This document shows positions 1-9,189 of a stretch of DNA of 64,000 bases, one piece after another. Position 1 is the first letter of the stretch, and every line of letters begins with the position of its first letter. Both the position numbers and the translations under genes were made by a program. The stretch comes from Candidatus Latescibacterota bacterium (GTDB taxonomy: Bacteria; Latescibacterota; UBA2968): NCBI GenBank assembly GCA_965208125.1, contig OZ242320.1, positions 1,024,001 through 1,088,000 of the forward strand, given 5' to 3'. Under the pieces are notes generated by a model. That model saw only the letters and a list, made by a program, of their open reading frames with translations. It made no database searches and was not told the DNA's origin.

Positions 1-1
1 A

Positions 2-1363
2 CACACCCCCAACCTGGACCGCCTCGCCGAACAAAGCGTCCTCTTCGAATACGCCTTCTCGCAAAGTCCCGTCTGCACGCCCAGCCGATCCAGCTTCCTC
101 ACCGGACGCTATCCGCGCACCACGCGCTGCCGGCAAAACGGACAATCCATACCCGGCGACGAAATCCCCGTCACCAAACTACTTCACGACGCCGGATACG
201 TATGCGGCCTATCCGGCAAACTCCACATCTCGGCCTGCAACCCCAGCGCGTGCCACGGCACAGAACGCCGCATAGACGACGGCTACGACCAGTTCTTCTG
301 GTCACACGACCCCGCCCCCAGATGGCCCACCAATGACTATCATCAGTGGTTGCGCGACAAGGGCCTGAATCGCGATGTCCAGCCCTTCCCAGATTCTCGA
401 TACGTACAGACACTACCCTCTGAAGAACACAGCCAGACCACCTATTGCATCCAGCGCGCCATCACCTTCATCCGCCGATGCGCCGAAGAAAACATGCCCT
501 GGACCTTTTCCCTCAACCCCTTTGATCCGCATCACGCCTTTGATCCCCCGCGCGAAGACCTCGAGCGCTACAGCGATATAATTGACGACATACCCCTGCC
601 CAACTACACCGAAGGCGAACTCCACGACAAACCCATCTGGCAACGCATCGATCACAGCGGATCCTACGGCGGCAAAGGCATGTATGCGTACGACCAAATG
701 ACCGACACCGATCACCGCTGGGTCACCGCGGCGTACTGGGCCATGGTCGATGTCATCGACCGGCAGATCGGCCACCTGTTCGACTGCCTCGAAGAAACCG
801 GACAGCGCGACAACACATACATCATCTTCACCTCTGACCACGGCGAAATGCTCGGCGACCACGGCATCTACCTCAAAGGCCCCTTCTTCTACGAACCCGC
901 TGTACGCGTCCCCCTCCTCATCTCAGGACCCGGCCTTCGCAACGACGGCTCGCGATCATCCGCACTCGTCGAACTCGTTGACCTCGCACCCACCATCCTC
1001 GAATGGGTCGGCCTCGACCGCCATCCCGCCATGCAGGGCCGTACCCTCCAACCGCTCCTGAAAGCCGACGCGCCCCTCGACCAGCACCGCGACGACATCT
1101 ACTGCGAATATTACAACGCCATGCAGGGCCACAAAAATCCGCCCGCCCATGCCACCATGGTACGCACCGACCGCTACAAACTCGTCGCCGCACACGGCAC
1201 TGGCGGTGGCGAACTCTACGACCTCGAAACCGATCCCACTGAAACGCACAATCAGTGGAACAACCCCAACTACACCACCGTGCGCCTCGACCTCATGACC
1301 CGCCTTGCCGACCGCATGGCCTGGACCGTCGATCCCCTGCCCCCGAGAGAAGCAGGGTTTTAA
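2..1363 (+). CDS. Sulfatase (formylglycine-dependent), 5' truncated by window edge
   Basis: The frame of ORF 350..1363 is open back to position 2: HTPNLDRLA...SPVCTPSRSSFLTGRYP (CxPxR), GKLH, FTSDHGEMLGDHG. Confidence 0.93.
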   Translation, partial: HTPNLDRLAEQSVLFEYAFSQSPVCTPSRSSFLTGRYPRTTRCRQNGQSIPGDEIPVTKLLHDAGYVCGLSGKLHISACNPSACHGTERRIDDGYDQFFWSHDPAPRWPTNDYHQWLRDKGLNRDVQPFPDSRYVQTLPSEEHSQTTYCIQRAITFIRRCAEENMPWTFSLNPFDPHHAFDPPREDLERYSDIIDDIPLPNYTEGELHDKPIWQRIDHSGSYGGKGMYAYDQMTDTDHRWVTAAYWAMVDVIDRQIGHLFDCLEETGQRDNTYIIFTSDHGEMLGDHGIYLKGPFFYEPAVRVPLLISGPGLRNDGSRSSALVELVDLAPTILEWVGLDRHPAMQGRTLQPLLKADAPLDQHRDDIYCEYYNAMQGHKNPPAHATMVRTDRYKLVAAHGTGGGELYDLETDPTETHNQWNNPNYTTVRLDLMTRLADRMAWTVDPLPPREAGF

Positions 1364-1376
1364 GAAGGAGAAGTTC

Positions 1377-3152
1377 ATGCCCGAAACACAACCGCGCCCC
1401 GAACATCCCCGTCCGCAATTTCAGCGCACCACATGGTTGAACCTCAACGGCATCTGGAACTTCGCCATAGACTCTGGACAATCCGGTGAAGCCAAAGGCT
1501 GGCCCCAAAATCCCGCTGAATTAAACCGTGCCATCACAGTCCCTTTTTGCCCTGAATCCAGCCTCTCGGGCATACAACACACGGACTTCATGCCCTCGGT
1601 CTGGTATCACCGAACCCTCGACATCCCCGACGAATGGACGGACAAGCGCGTACTCCTGCACTTCGGCGCGGTCGATTACCACTGCAAAGCCTGGGTCAAC
1701 GGTCGGCTCATCGGACAGCATTACGGCGGCAGTTCATCCTTCACATTTGACATCACAGACGCGCTCACATCTGACACAAATCACCTCGTCGTCTGCGCCA
1801 ATGACGACACGCGCTCTGGCGACCAGCCATCGGGCAAACAATGCCCCGACCTATATTCCCGCGGCTGCCACTACACGCGCGTCACGGGAATATGGCAAAC
1901 CGTCTGGCTCGAAGCCGTACCCGAATCGCGCATCGAAACGGTGCGCATCGTACCCGACCTCGACAGCAGCCGCTTTGTACTCACCCCCACATTCAAAAAC
2001 GCACATCGCGGGCACACCTTCCGCGCCGTCCTCTTCAACGGCAAAGAAGAAGTCGCGGTCTCCACAATGCCCGCCACGAGCGGTGCAGCTATGTCCTTGC
2101 GCATCAAAAACCCACAACCCTGGTCGCCAGACAACCCCCACCTCTACGACCTCCGCTTTGAACTCTGCGATGGCGACACCACCGTCGACACAGTCAACAG
2201 CTATGCCGGCCTGCGAAAATTTCACATCGAAGGCCACAAATTCTACCTCAACAACACCCCCATCTTCCTGCGCCTTGTACTGGACCAGGGATTCTATCCC
2301 GACGGAATATGGACCGCCCCATCCGACGAAATGCTCAAAGGCGACATCGAAAAATCGCTCGCCGTCGGCTTCAACGGCGCGCGCCTCCACCAGAAAGTAT
2401 TCGAAGAACGCTTTCACTACTGGGCAGACAAACTCGGCTATCTCACCTGGGGCGAATACTGCGACTGGGGCATGAACTTCGGCTCACCCCAATCAATACA
2501 CAACCAGCAGCGCGAATGGCGAGAAATTGTCCAGCGAGACCTCAACCACCCCTCCATCCTCGCCTGGACCCCATACAACGAAACCCGGGGCGGTGCGACC
2601 AACCACTTTGAAGCGCACCGCCGGGCCGTACAGGAAACCTACGACCTCACCAGAGCACTCGACCCTTCTCGCCCCTGCCACGACACCAGCGGCTACGTAC
2701 ACGTCTGCACAGACATCTACACCGTACACGACTACGAACAGGACCCCGTCAAATTCAAAGCAACTTATGCACCCGTATCCCCCGACGACTGGAAAAACAC
2801 ACCCATCCGCTTCCCTGAATTGAATGTGCCCTATCAGGGACAACCCTATGTCGTCGATGAATACGGCGGCACATGGTGGGACCCCAATGCCTTCGAAACA
2901 GAACAGGACGCAGACCGCAAAAGCAGCTGGGGCTATGGCAAACGCCCCACCGACATCGAAGAAGTGTATCACCGCATCGAAAAACTCACAGCCATACTCC
3001 TCAACCACCCCAACATCGCGGGGTATTGCTACACACAACTCACCGACATCGAACAGGAACAAAACGGCATCTACACCTATGACCGCCGGGAAAAATTCGA
3101 CGCAAAACGCCTGAAAAAATATTTCGGTGCCCCAGCGGCGATTGAATCATAA
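1377..3152 (+). CDS. Glycoside hydrolase family 2 (beta-galactosidase/glucuronidase-like)
   Basis: WLNLNGIWNF, LLHFGAVDY, GIWQTVWLE, RDLNHPSILAWTPYNE, VVDEYGG; RBS AAGGAG before ATG 1377. Confidence 0.9.
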   Translation: MPETQPRPEHPRPQFQRTTWLNLNGIWNFAIDSGQSGEAKGWPQNPAELNRAITVPFCPESSLSGIQHTDFMPSVWYHRTLDIPDEWTDKRVLLHFGAVDYHCKAWVNGRLIGQHYGGSSSFTFDITDALTSDTNHLVVCANDDTRSGDQPSGKQCPDLYSRGCHYTRVTGIWQTVWLEAVPESRIETVRIVPDLDSSRFVLTPTFKNAHRGHTFRAVLFNGKEEVAVSTMPATSGAAMSLRIKNPQPWSPDNPHLYDLRFELCDGDTTVDTVNSYAGLRKFHIEGHKFYLNNTPIFLRLVLDQGFYPDGIWTAPSDEMLKGDIEKSLAVGFNGARLHQKVFEERFHYWADKLGYLTWGEYCDWGMNFGSPQSIHNQQREWREIVQRDLNHPSILAWTPYNETRGGATNHFEAHRRAVQETYDLTRALDPSRPCHDTSGYVHVCTDIYTVHDYEQDPVKFKATYAPVSPDDWKNTPIRFPELNVPYQGQPYVVDEYGGTWWDPNAFETEQDADRKSSWGYGKRPTDIEEVYHRIEKLTAILLNHPNIAGYCYTQLTDIEQEQNGIYTYDRREKFDAKRLKKYFGAPAAIES

Positions 3153-3188
3153 TCCAATGAAAAGAACACCTCGCACCCTTCACACATT

Positions 3189-3212
3189 CGCGGCAGGGAT
3201 GCCGCTCCTACA
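3189..3212 (-). repeat. GTAG-type REP-like palindrome
   Basis: Minus strand TGTAGGAGCGGCATCCCTGCCGCG: GTAG foot plus GC hairpin. Confidence 0.55.
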
Positions 3213-3220
3213 GCTTAATT

Positions 3221-3247
3221 TTCACACTTCATACTTCACACTTCATA
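3221..3247. repeat. Heptamer tandem repeat (TTCACAC/TTCATAC x4)
   Basis: ttcacac ttcatac ttcacac ttcata. Confidence 0.7.
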
Positions 3248-3257
3248 GAGGTACCCC

Positions 3258-5177
3258 ATGGACCCCCGATGGCAAAACCTCCCGCACACCAACACCGAAT
3301 TCACGCCCACAACATATCCCGACCGCGAAACCTGGGAACGAGAACGGGCGAGACTCAAAAAGCAAATCCTCTTTGCCGCTGGACTCTGGCCAATGCCCGA
3401 AAAGCCCCCGCTCGACATCCACATCTACGACCGCATTGAACGAGACGGACACACCATCGAAAAAGCCTACTTCCAGAGCTTGCCTAACTTCTACGTGGGC
3501 GGTAGCCTCTTTCGCCCCCTCAACCCACAACCCAAAAGCCACCCCGGCATCTTAAGCCCACACGGACATGCACAACTGGGCCGCATACAACACGGGGACA
3601 CATCCTACCCGGGCCGGGGCATCACCTTTGCCCGAATGGGCTGCACGGCCTTCATGTGGGACATGGTCGATTACAACGACAGCGCCCGCCATCTCTCCGG
3701 CGCATACCAGGAAGAAACCTACGGCATTGTACACCGCGCACCCTGGCCCCACAAACAGGACGACCGCATGCTCTGGAACATCGGCATCCTGGGCTTTCAA
3801 CTCTGGAACAGCATCCGCGCACTCGACTTCCTCTGCGAACTCCCCGAAGTCGATACCAACCGCCTGGGCTGCACGGGCGAATCGGGCGGAGGCACCCAAA
3901 CCTATAACCTCTATGCCGTTGACGACCGCCTGCACGTCGCCGCACCCGTCTGCATGGTCTCCGCCTACATGCAAGGCGGCTGTGTCTGTGAAAACGCGCC
4001 CCTGTTGCGCATCGACACCAACAACGTCGATATCGGCGCCACCTTCGCGCCCAAACCCCTCATCCTCGTCAGTTCCTCACAGGACTGGACGCAACACACA
4101 CCCGACGTCGAATATCCCGCCATCAAACGCATATACGACCTCTACGACGCCGACGACCACATCTCCCAAATCCAGATTGACGCGCCCCACGGCTACAACC
4201 TCGAAATGCGCGAAGCCGTGTACCGCTGGTTCGCCCGCTGGCTCAATCTACCCATTGGCGACGACTTTCGCGAACCCCCCTTTGAAGTTGAAGAACACAA
4301 AGACATGCTCGCCTTCTTCAATGGCCTGCCCGACGGCGCAATCACCCAACACGAAGACCTCATCCGCCAGTGCATCGCCGCATCCAAAACAGCGCTGGAA
4401 ACCCATCGCCCGAACACCCCCGACGCCCTCGCCGCAAATCGACGCACCCTGGGCGAAGCACTGCGCATAACCGTCGGCTACGACGACAGCACTGTCACAT
4501 ATCAACACAACACCAGAGAAAACGGAATCCTCATCGGCAACCGCCGCAATGTGCGCGTCCCCATCCGCACCTTCACACCTGAATCCCCGTCCGACACATC
4601 CACCCTCTTAATTCACCCGCACGGCATGGATGCTCTGTACTCACCCATCATCCACGCCCTCCTCGACAAAGGTCACACCGTCTATGCCATAGACTCCTTC
4701 GGCACGGGCCAAAACATCGGCGAAGAAAACCCCGAAGAACCGCGCGGGAGCGGGAACTTCTTCAACACCTTTAACCGCACCGACGACGCCGAACGCATAT
4801 ACGACATCGGACTCACACTGCGTCACATCCCCGATGGCCCGGTAAACATCGTCGGCTTTGGCAATGCCGGACTCTGGGCCACCATCGCAGGTGCAATCAC
4901 AGAACGCGCCGACCTGCAAATCGCATCCGACATCGGCGCATTCAACACCAAAACCGAAAACGACTACCTCAATCGCCTGCCCATCCCCGGCATACTCAAA
5001 GCGGGAGGCTTGTCCAATGCCGCCGCGCTCATCGCCCCAAATAACTTGTTCTTACACAACACGGGCGATACCTTCGACACCTCATGGGCAGAAGCGGCCT
5101 ATGCACTTTATCCCGAAGCGACCCTGACAGTAAAAGATGACCTTGCAAGAAACGAGGACTTGATCGATTTTTTGTAA
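3258..5177 (+). CDS. Acetylxylan-esterase-like alpha/beta hydrolase (tandem hydrolase domains)
   Basis: Nucleophile elbow GCTGESGGGTQT, PHGH, MQGGCVCENAP; degenerate second domain. Confidence 0.8.
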   Translation: MDPRWQNLPHTNTEFTPTTYPDRETWERERARLKKQILFAAGLWPMPEKPPLDIHIYDRIERDGHTIEKAYFQSLPNFYVGGSLFRPLNPQPKSHPGILSPHGHAQLGRIQHGDTSYPGRGITFARMGCTAFMWDMVDYNDSARHLSGAYQEETYGIVHRAPWPHKQDDRMLWNIGILGFQLWNSIRALDFLCELPEVDTNRLGCTGESGGGTQTYNLYAVDDRLHVAAPVCMVSAYMQGGCVCENAPLLRIDTNNVDIGATFAPKPLILVSSSQDWTQHTPDVEYPAIKRIYDLYDADDHISQIQIDAPHGYNLEMREAVYRWFARWLNLPIGDDFREPPFEVEEHKDMLAFFNGLPDGAITQHEDLIRQCIAASKTALETHRPNTPDALAANRRTLGEALRITVGYDDSTVTYQHNTRENGILIGNRRNVRVPIRTFTPESPSDTSTLLIHPHGMDALYSPIIHALLDKGHTVYAIDSFGTGQNIGEENPEEPRGSGNFFNTFNRTDDAERIYDIGLTLRHIPDGPVNIVGFGNAGLWATIAGAITERADLQIASDIGAFNTKTENDYLNRLPIPGILKAGGLSNAAALIAPNNLFLHNTGDTFDTSWAEAAYALYPEATLTVKDDLARNEDLIDFL

Positions 5178-5185
5178 AAAACCTT

Positions 5186-5218
5186 CTGGATCGCGGCTTA
5201 AAACCATGCCGCGATGAC
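5186..5218. repeat. Palindromic REP-like element (CTGGAT...ATGAC family)
   Basis: ctggatcgcggcttaaaaccatgccgcgatgac; near-identical to the reverse complement of 46051-46082. Confidence 0.7.
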
Positions 5219-5271
5219 ATATCTACAGCTCCTGATTTGCTTACCACTTAACATAAAACAGGAAAACAACC

Positions 5272-6537
5272 ATGAACGACCAAATGCAACACACTCGCGA
5301 CGTCGCACTCAACATCCTCAAACCGTCACAGCGCGACCTGGAACACGGCCTGGAACTTCACAAACACGCCCTCGTCATCGAATCCTACGGCCTTGGCCTG
5401 CGCTCACCCATTGATCCCGACCCCGTCAACGCAGCCATCGAAGCGGGCGCGTCTGACCGCGAACTACAAGACCTCACCGAAGACATGGGCATGACCCGCT
5501 GGGCACTCACACCCGAACTCCGACGAGAATACCGAGAAATCTGGCAGGCCTCCGGCGTCACCTGCACCTTTCAAAACGCAGGCGAAGAATGCAACGACCC
5601 CCTGCGCCTCATTAAACGCCTTGCTCGACACACATACAACACCGACGCCATGCCCGATTTTCTCCAGCGCGCCACCACGCCCGACGACATCGCGGCAGCC
5701 CACAAAGCGGGCAAACGCTGCACCTATCTCACCTGCAACGGCATTCCACTCGCTGGCGACCAGACCAACCCGGAAGAAGAACTGCGCTACATCCGCGTCT
5801 TTGCACAACTCGGCGCGCGCATGATGCACCTCACGTACAACCGCCGCAACCCCATCGGAGACGGCTGCGGCGAACCCAACGACGCGGGCTTGAGCGACTT
5901 TGGACATGCCACAGTCGCCGAAATGAACCGCCTCGGCATCATCATAGACCTCTCCCACACCGGCTGGCAAACCTGCCTCGACACAGCAAAAGCATCCGCA
6001 CAACCCGTCGTTGTCAGCCACTCCGTCGCCTGCACAATCAACGAACACATCCGAAGCAAACCCGACAACATCATCCGCGCAGTACTCGACACCGGGGGCA
6101 CCATGGGCATCACCAATGTACCCGCATTCCTCGGCGGCAACGGCGACATCAGTGCCTTTCTCGACCACATCGACTACGTCGCCAAAACCTTTGGCACCGA
6201 CGCCGTCACCATCGGCACGGATCGAGGCTACCCCTCTCAATACATCGCCGAAGCCAACCGAAAACTCAACCCCCGTCCCAAACAGCGCAACCGGTGGGAG
6301 GCACTCTGGCCGCCCAGAGACCCTCTCCATTCTCCCGAATGGCGACAGCCCCATCAAGAACAAAGCCTCACCTGGACCAACTGGCCCCTCTTCACTGTCG
6401 GCCTTGTCCAGCGGGGCTACAGCGACGACGACATCGCAAAAATCATCGGCGGCAACATCCTCCGCGTAGCCCAGGACGTCTGGAAAGATTCGGCTTATGC
6501 CGTCTCAACTGAAAATATCCAGGAGAGGCCGAAGTGA
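5272..6537 (+). CDS. Membrane dipeptidase family (M19, amidohydrolase fold)
   Basis: HLTYNRRN, GLSDFG, EMNRLGIIIDLSH, VVSHS, HIDYV, IGTD, KIIGGNILRV. Confidence 0.85.
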   Translation: MNDQMQHTRDVALNILKPSQRDLEHGLELHKHALVIESYGLGLRSPIDPDPVNAAIEAGASDRELQDLTEDMGMTRWALTPELRREYREIWQASGVTCTFQNAGEECNDPLRLIKRLARHTYNTDAMPDFLQRATTPDDIAAAHKAGKRCTYLTCNGIPLAGDQTNPEEELRYIRVFAQLGARMMHLTYNRRNPIGDGCGEPNDAGLSDFGHATVAEMNRLGIIIDLSHTGWQTCLDTAKASAQPVVVSHSVACTINEHIRSKPDNIIRAVLDTGGTMGITNVPAFLGGNGDISAFLDHIDYVAKTFGTDAVTIGTDRGYPSQYIAEANRKLNPRPKQRNRWEALWPPRDPLHSPEWRQPHQEQSLTWTNWPLFTVGLVQRGYSDDDIAKIIGGNILRVAQDVWKDSAYAVSTENIQERPK

Positions 6538-6608
6538 TGCGTGGAGTTTCTGTTGACTGTAGGATTAGAAATTGATAAAATAGCGCGACAACAATAAAAA
6601 GGTAGAAG

Positions 6609-7013
6609 ATGCCAGAACGAATCGAATTAAATCCGCCATGGCCGTGGGCAAGCAAATTCCGGATTGCTCAGGGCGTGCAGGTTGGAAACAGAGTATATGT
6701 CTCGGGACAGGTCGCTTTTGACCCACGGGGCAACGTGGTTGGCCGGGACAATATGGGCGCACAGGCAAGTCAAGTGTTCGAAAATATCCGAGCGGTTCTC
6801 GCCGAAGCGGGTGCGACAATGGACGACGTGGTAAAAATTACGGCGTTCATCACCGACATGAGCCGGTACGCGGACTATGCTGCGGCGCGTGCAGAGGCGT
6901 TTCCGAATAATATCCCTGCCAGTGCCACAGTCGCAACACCAACACTGATAAGCCCCGATCTGCTCGTCGAGGTTGATGCGGTTGCGGAGATTAGCAGCGG
7001 GAAAAGAGCGTGA
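6609..7013 (+). CDS. RidA/YjgF/UK114 family protein
   Basis: VYVSGQV, QVFENIRAVLAEAGATMDDVVKIT, PASATV, LVEVDAVA. Confidence 0.9.
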   Translation: MPERIELNPPWPWASKFRIAQGVQVGNRVYVSGQVAFDPRGNVVGRDNMGAQASQVFENIRAVLAEAGATMDDVVKITAFITDMSRYADYAAARAEAFPNNIPASATVATPTLISPDLLVEVDAVAEISSGKRA

Positions 7014-7058
7014 TTGCAAACCGCCATTCATTGTGAAAGCATACTTTTGGGAGAAATC

Positions 7059-8192
7059 ATGAGCATCGACAAAGCGCGTCAAATCTACGAAGACCTGGGC
7101 GTTGTCCCTGTAATCAACGCATCGGGATATCAAACCGTCATCGGCGGGTCGCGTGTGGGCACAGAAGTGCAAGCCGCAATGGACATAGCGAATCGCTACT
7201 TTGCGGACATGGAAGAACTACTCAAAAAAACCGGTGCACTCATCGCCGATACCCTCGGCGCAGAAGCGGCAATGGTCACACCCGGATGCGCGGCGGCATT
7301 AGCTCTCAGCTCAGCCGCCTGCATGTCGGGCAGCGACCCCGAAAAAATGGAACAACTACCCGATACAACGGGCTTGAAGCATCACATTTTGATACAAAAA
7401 AAACAGCGTTATCACTACGACCCGGTACTCACTGTTTTCGGCGCTAAACTCATCGAAGTCGGCGATGAAAACGGAACGACCGAATCCCAACTCGAAGCCG
7501 CCATATCAGACCAGACCGCAGCCATCCACTATTTCGCCCCCGGAGGCCAGGAAGGCGTCCTATCCCCCGAAGACGTAGTCCGCATCGCCCACGCCAATGG
7601 GATACCCGTCATCGTCGATGCAGCGAGCCAGGTCTATCCCCTCGAAACCATGCTAAAATATCCCGACATGGGCGCAGACCTGATCGGCTACGGCGCCAAA
7701 TACATTGGCTCGTGTCACTCCACAGGTATCCTATGCGGACGCAAAGACCTGATTGACGCCGCCTTTCTCCATTCCTTCATCGGTTATGAAACCTCCCCCT
7801 ACGACACCATAGGCCGCCCGCTAAAAGTGGATCGACAAGAAGTCATCGCCGTCGTCGTTGCCCTGCGCGAATGGTTCAGCATGGACCACGAAGCGCGCCT
7901 ATCCGAATACAAACACAAAGCCGAAGCACTACTCTCAAACCTTAAGGACATCCCCCACATCGCAGCCAAATTCTCGGCCGACTCACGAGGCCTGAGCGAT
8001 GGCGTACACATCACAATTGATGAAACAGCACTGGGCAAAACCGCGGTGCAAATAATCGAAGAACTGCGACAGGGCAACCCATCCGTATGGACACGCGGCA
8101 GTGCAAACACCTTTCGCATCGCCGTAACAAATTTCATCGGAGACGACCAGGAAATCGTCACCGCACGCCTGCGCGAAGTATTGGCTAAATAA
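7059..8192 (+). CDS. SelA-like PLP-dependent enzyme (DgaE-like)
   Basis: PVINASGYQTVIGGS, VIVDAAS, GYGAKYIG (PLP Lys), GRPLKVDRQE; start placed at ATG 7059 after GGAG. Confidence 0.82.
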   Translation: MSIDKARQIYEDLGVVPVINASGYQTVIGGSRVGTEVQAAMDIANRYFADMEELLKKTGALIADTLGAEAAMVTPGCAAALALSSAACMSGSDPEKMEQLPDTTGLKHHILIQKKQRYHYDPVLTVFGAKLIEVGDENGTTESQLEAAISDQTAAIHYFAPGGQEGVLSPEDVVRIAHANGIPVIVDAASQVYPLETMLKYPDMGADLIGYGAKYIGSCHSTGILCGRKDLIDAAFLHSFIGYETSPYDTIGRPLKVDRQEVIAVVVALREWFSMDHEARLSEYKHKAEALLSNLKDIPHIAAKFSADSRGLSDGVHITIDETALGKTAVQIIEELRQGNPSVWTRGSANTFRIAVTNFIGDDQEIVTARLREVLAK

Positions 8193-8255
8193 CTCGCCAC
8201 ACAAAATCCCAACAAAAAACGCCATCAGCTATTTTGCTGATGGCGTTTTTGCTTA
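8189..8255. terminator. Bidirectional intrinsic terminator within a ~65-bp dispersed repeat
   Basis: AAAAAACGCCATCAGC-tatttt-GCTGATGGCGTTTTT between convergent genes; related copies at 12044-12077 and 44062-44129. Confidence 0.8.
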
Positions 8256-8264
8256 TAACCTCTC

Positions 8265-9050
8265 TCACCCCCGTGCGAGATCGCGATATGCTCTGAACAA
8301 ATCTGAATAATAAGCCACAAACATCCACAGATCGCCCACCCCCTTATCGGGACGTCGCTCTGTCTCTGCCGACATGTAGCCCTCATATCCCTTCTCGTGC
8401 AGCAGCTTGAACAACTCGCGATACGGATAGCCCTGTCCAGCCAGATCGTGCATATGCACATGATCCAGCCAGGACCATACCGTATCCAGCGCCTGTTTCA
8501 CAGACCCATCAACCACATCTTGCGGCACTGAATTCCACACCAACCCAAAATTCTCGTGATCCACCTGCTCAGCCACAGCCCTGCACGCCTGCCAATCGAA
8601 CTCACCGTGCAACTCCAGACACGGTTTCACCCCCTTCGCAACACCGTACTCACACAGCGGTTTAAGTGCCTCTGCCACCTGAGCAATCGTCTGTTCTCTG
8701 GACACCTCTGTTGGAAAATTATTCCCAAACACGCGCACGCGAGGTGCGCCCAGATCCGACGCCAGATCCATCCGAACCATCGTCTGCTCAATATGATCCC
8801 GAAGGTCGTTCGGATCCGTATCGTGATACCGATTGCCCGTAGCAACACTCATAATATCGATCCCCATCGCCTCGCAATCTGCCACCACCTGCTCTCGCTC
8901 TGCCACATCAATCGACGCCTCCACCCCGTGACCGTGCCCCGCATCCGTCCGAAACTCCACCCCTTCAAACCCGTGATCCTTCAACATCTGCAACAAATCC
9001 CGTCGGGAAAGCGCCTTCAAAACACCATAAGTCATCCACGAAAGTTTCAT
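8265..9050 (-). CDS. Sugar phosphate isomerase/epimerase (xylose isomerase-like TIM barrel)
   Basis: GFEGVEFR, LGAPRVRVFG, CLELHG, HVHMHD, GYEGYMSAE. Confidence 0.85.
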   Translation of the reverse strand: MKLSWMTYGVLKALSRRDLLQMLKDHGFEGVEFRTDAGHGHGVEASIDVAEREQVVADCEAMGIDIMSVATGNRYHDTDPNDLRDHIEQTMVRMDLASDLGAPRVRVFGNNFPTEVSREQTIAQVAEALKPLCEYGVAKGVKPCLELHGEFDWQACRAVAEQVDHENFGLVWNSVPQDVVDGSVKQALDTVWSWLDHVHMHDLAGQGYPYRELFKLLHEKGYEGYMSAETERRPDKGVGDLWMFVAYYSDLFRAYRDLARG

Positions 9051-9189
9051 ACTTATTCTCCTGTTGTAATTTTCTTTGGCAAAACAATATCTTCGAGTGA
9101 CACAAAGCCAATATATAGTATATTGTGCGGGTAATCAAACACTCAAAATCTTCGACAAAAGGACTTGAAATTCAACAAAGGATGTATCT

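Noticed and set aside
1528-4470. Long alternative-frame ORFs (1528..2475, 3568..4470) and antisense ORFs elsewhere (e.g. 60908..62167, 56517..57656)
   Set aside because: S/T/P/R-rich shadow frames of well-supported genes, caused by codon bias; no motifs or RBS
7059-8192. True selenocysteine synthase SelA serving the nearby selenoprotein
   Set aside because: At ~377 aa it lacks the SelA N-terminal domain and typical HxSN/FSGDKLLGGPQ motifs, and no selB/selC is adjacent; it fits the DgaE-like group better
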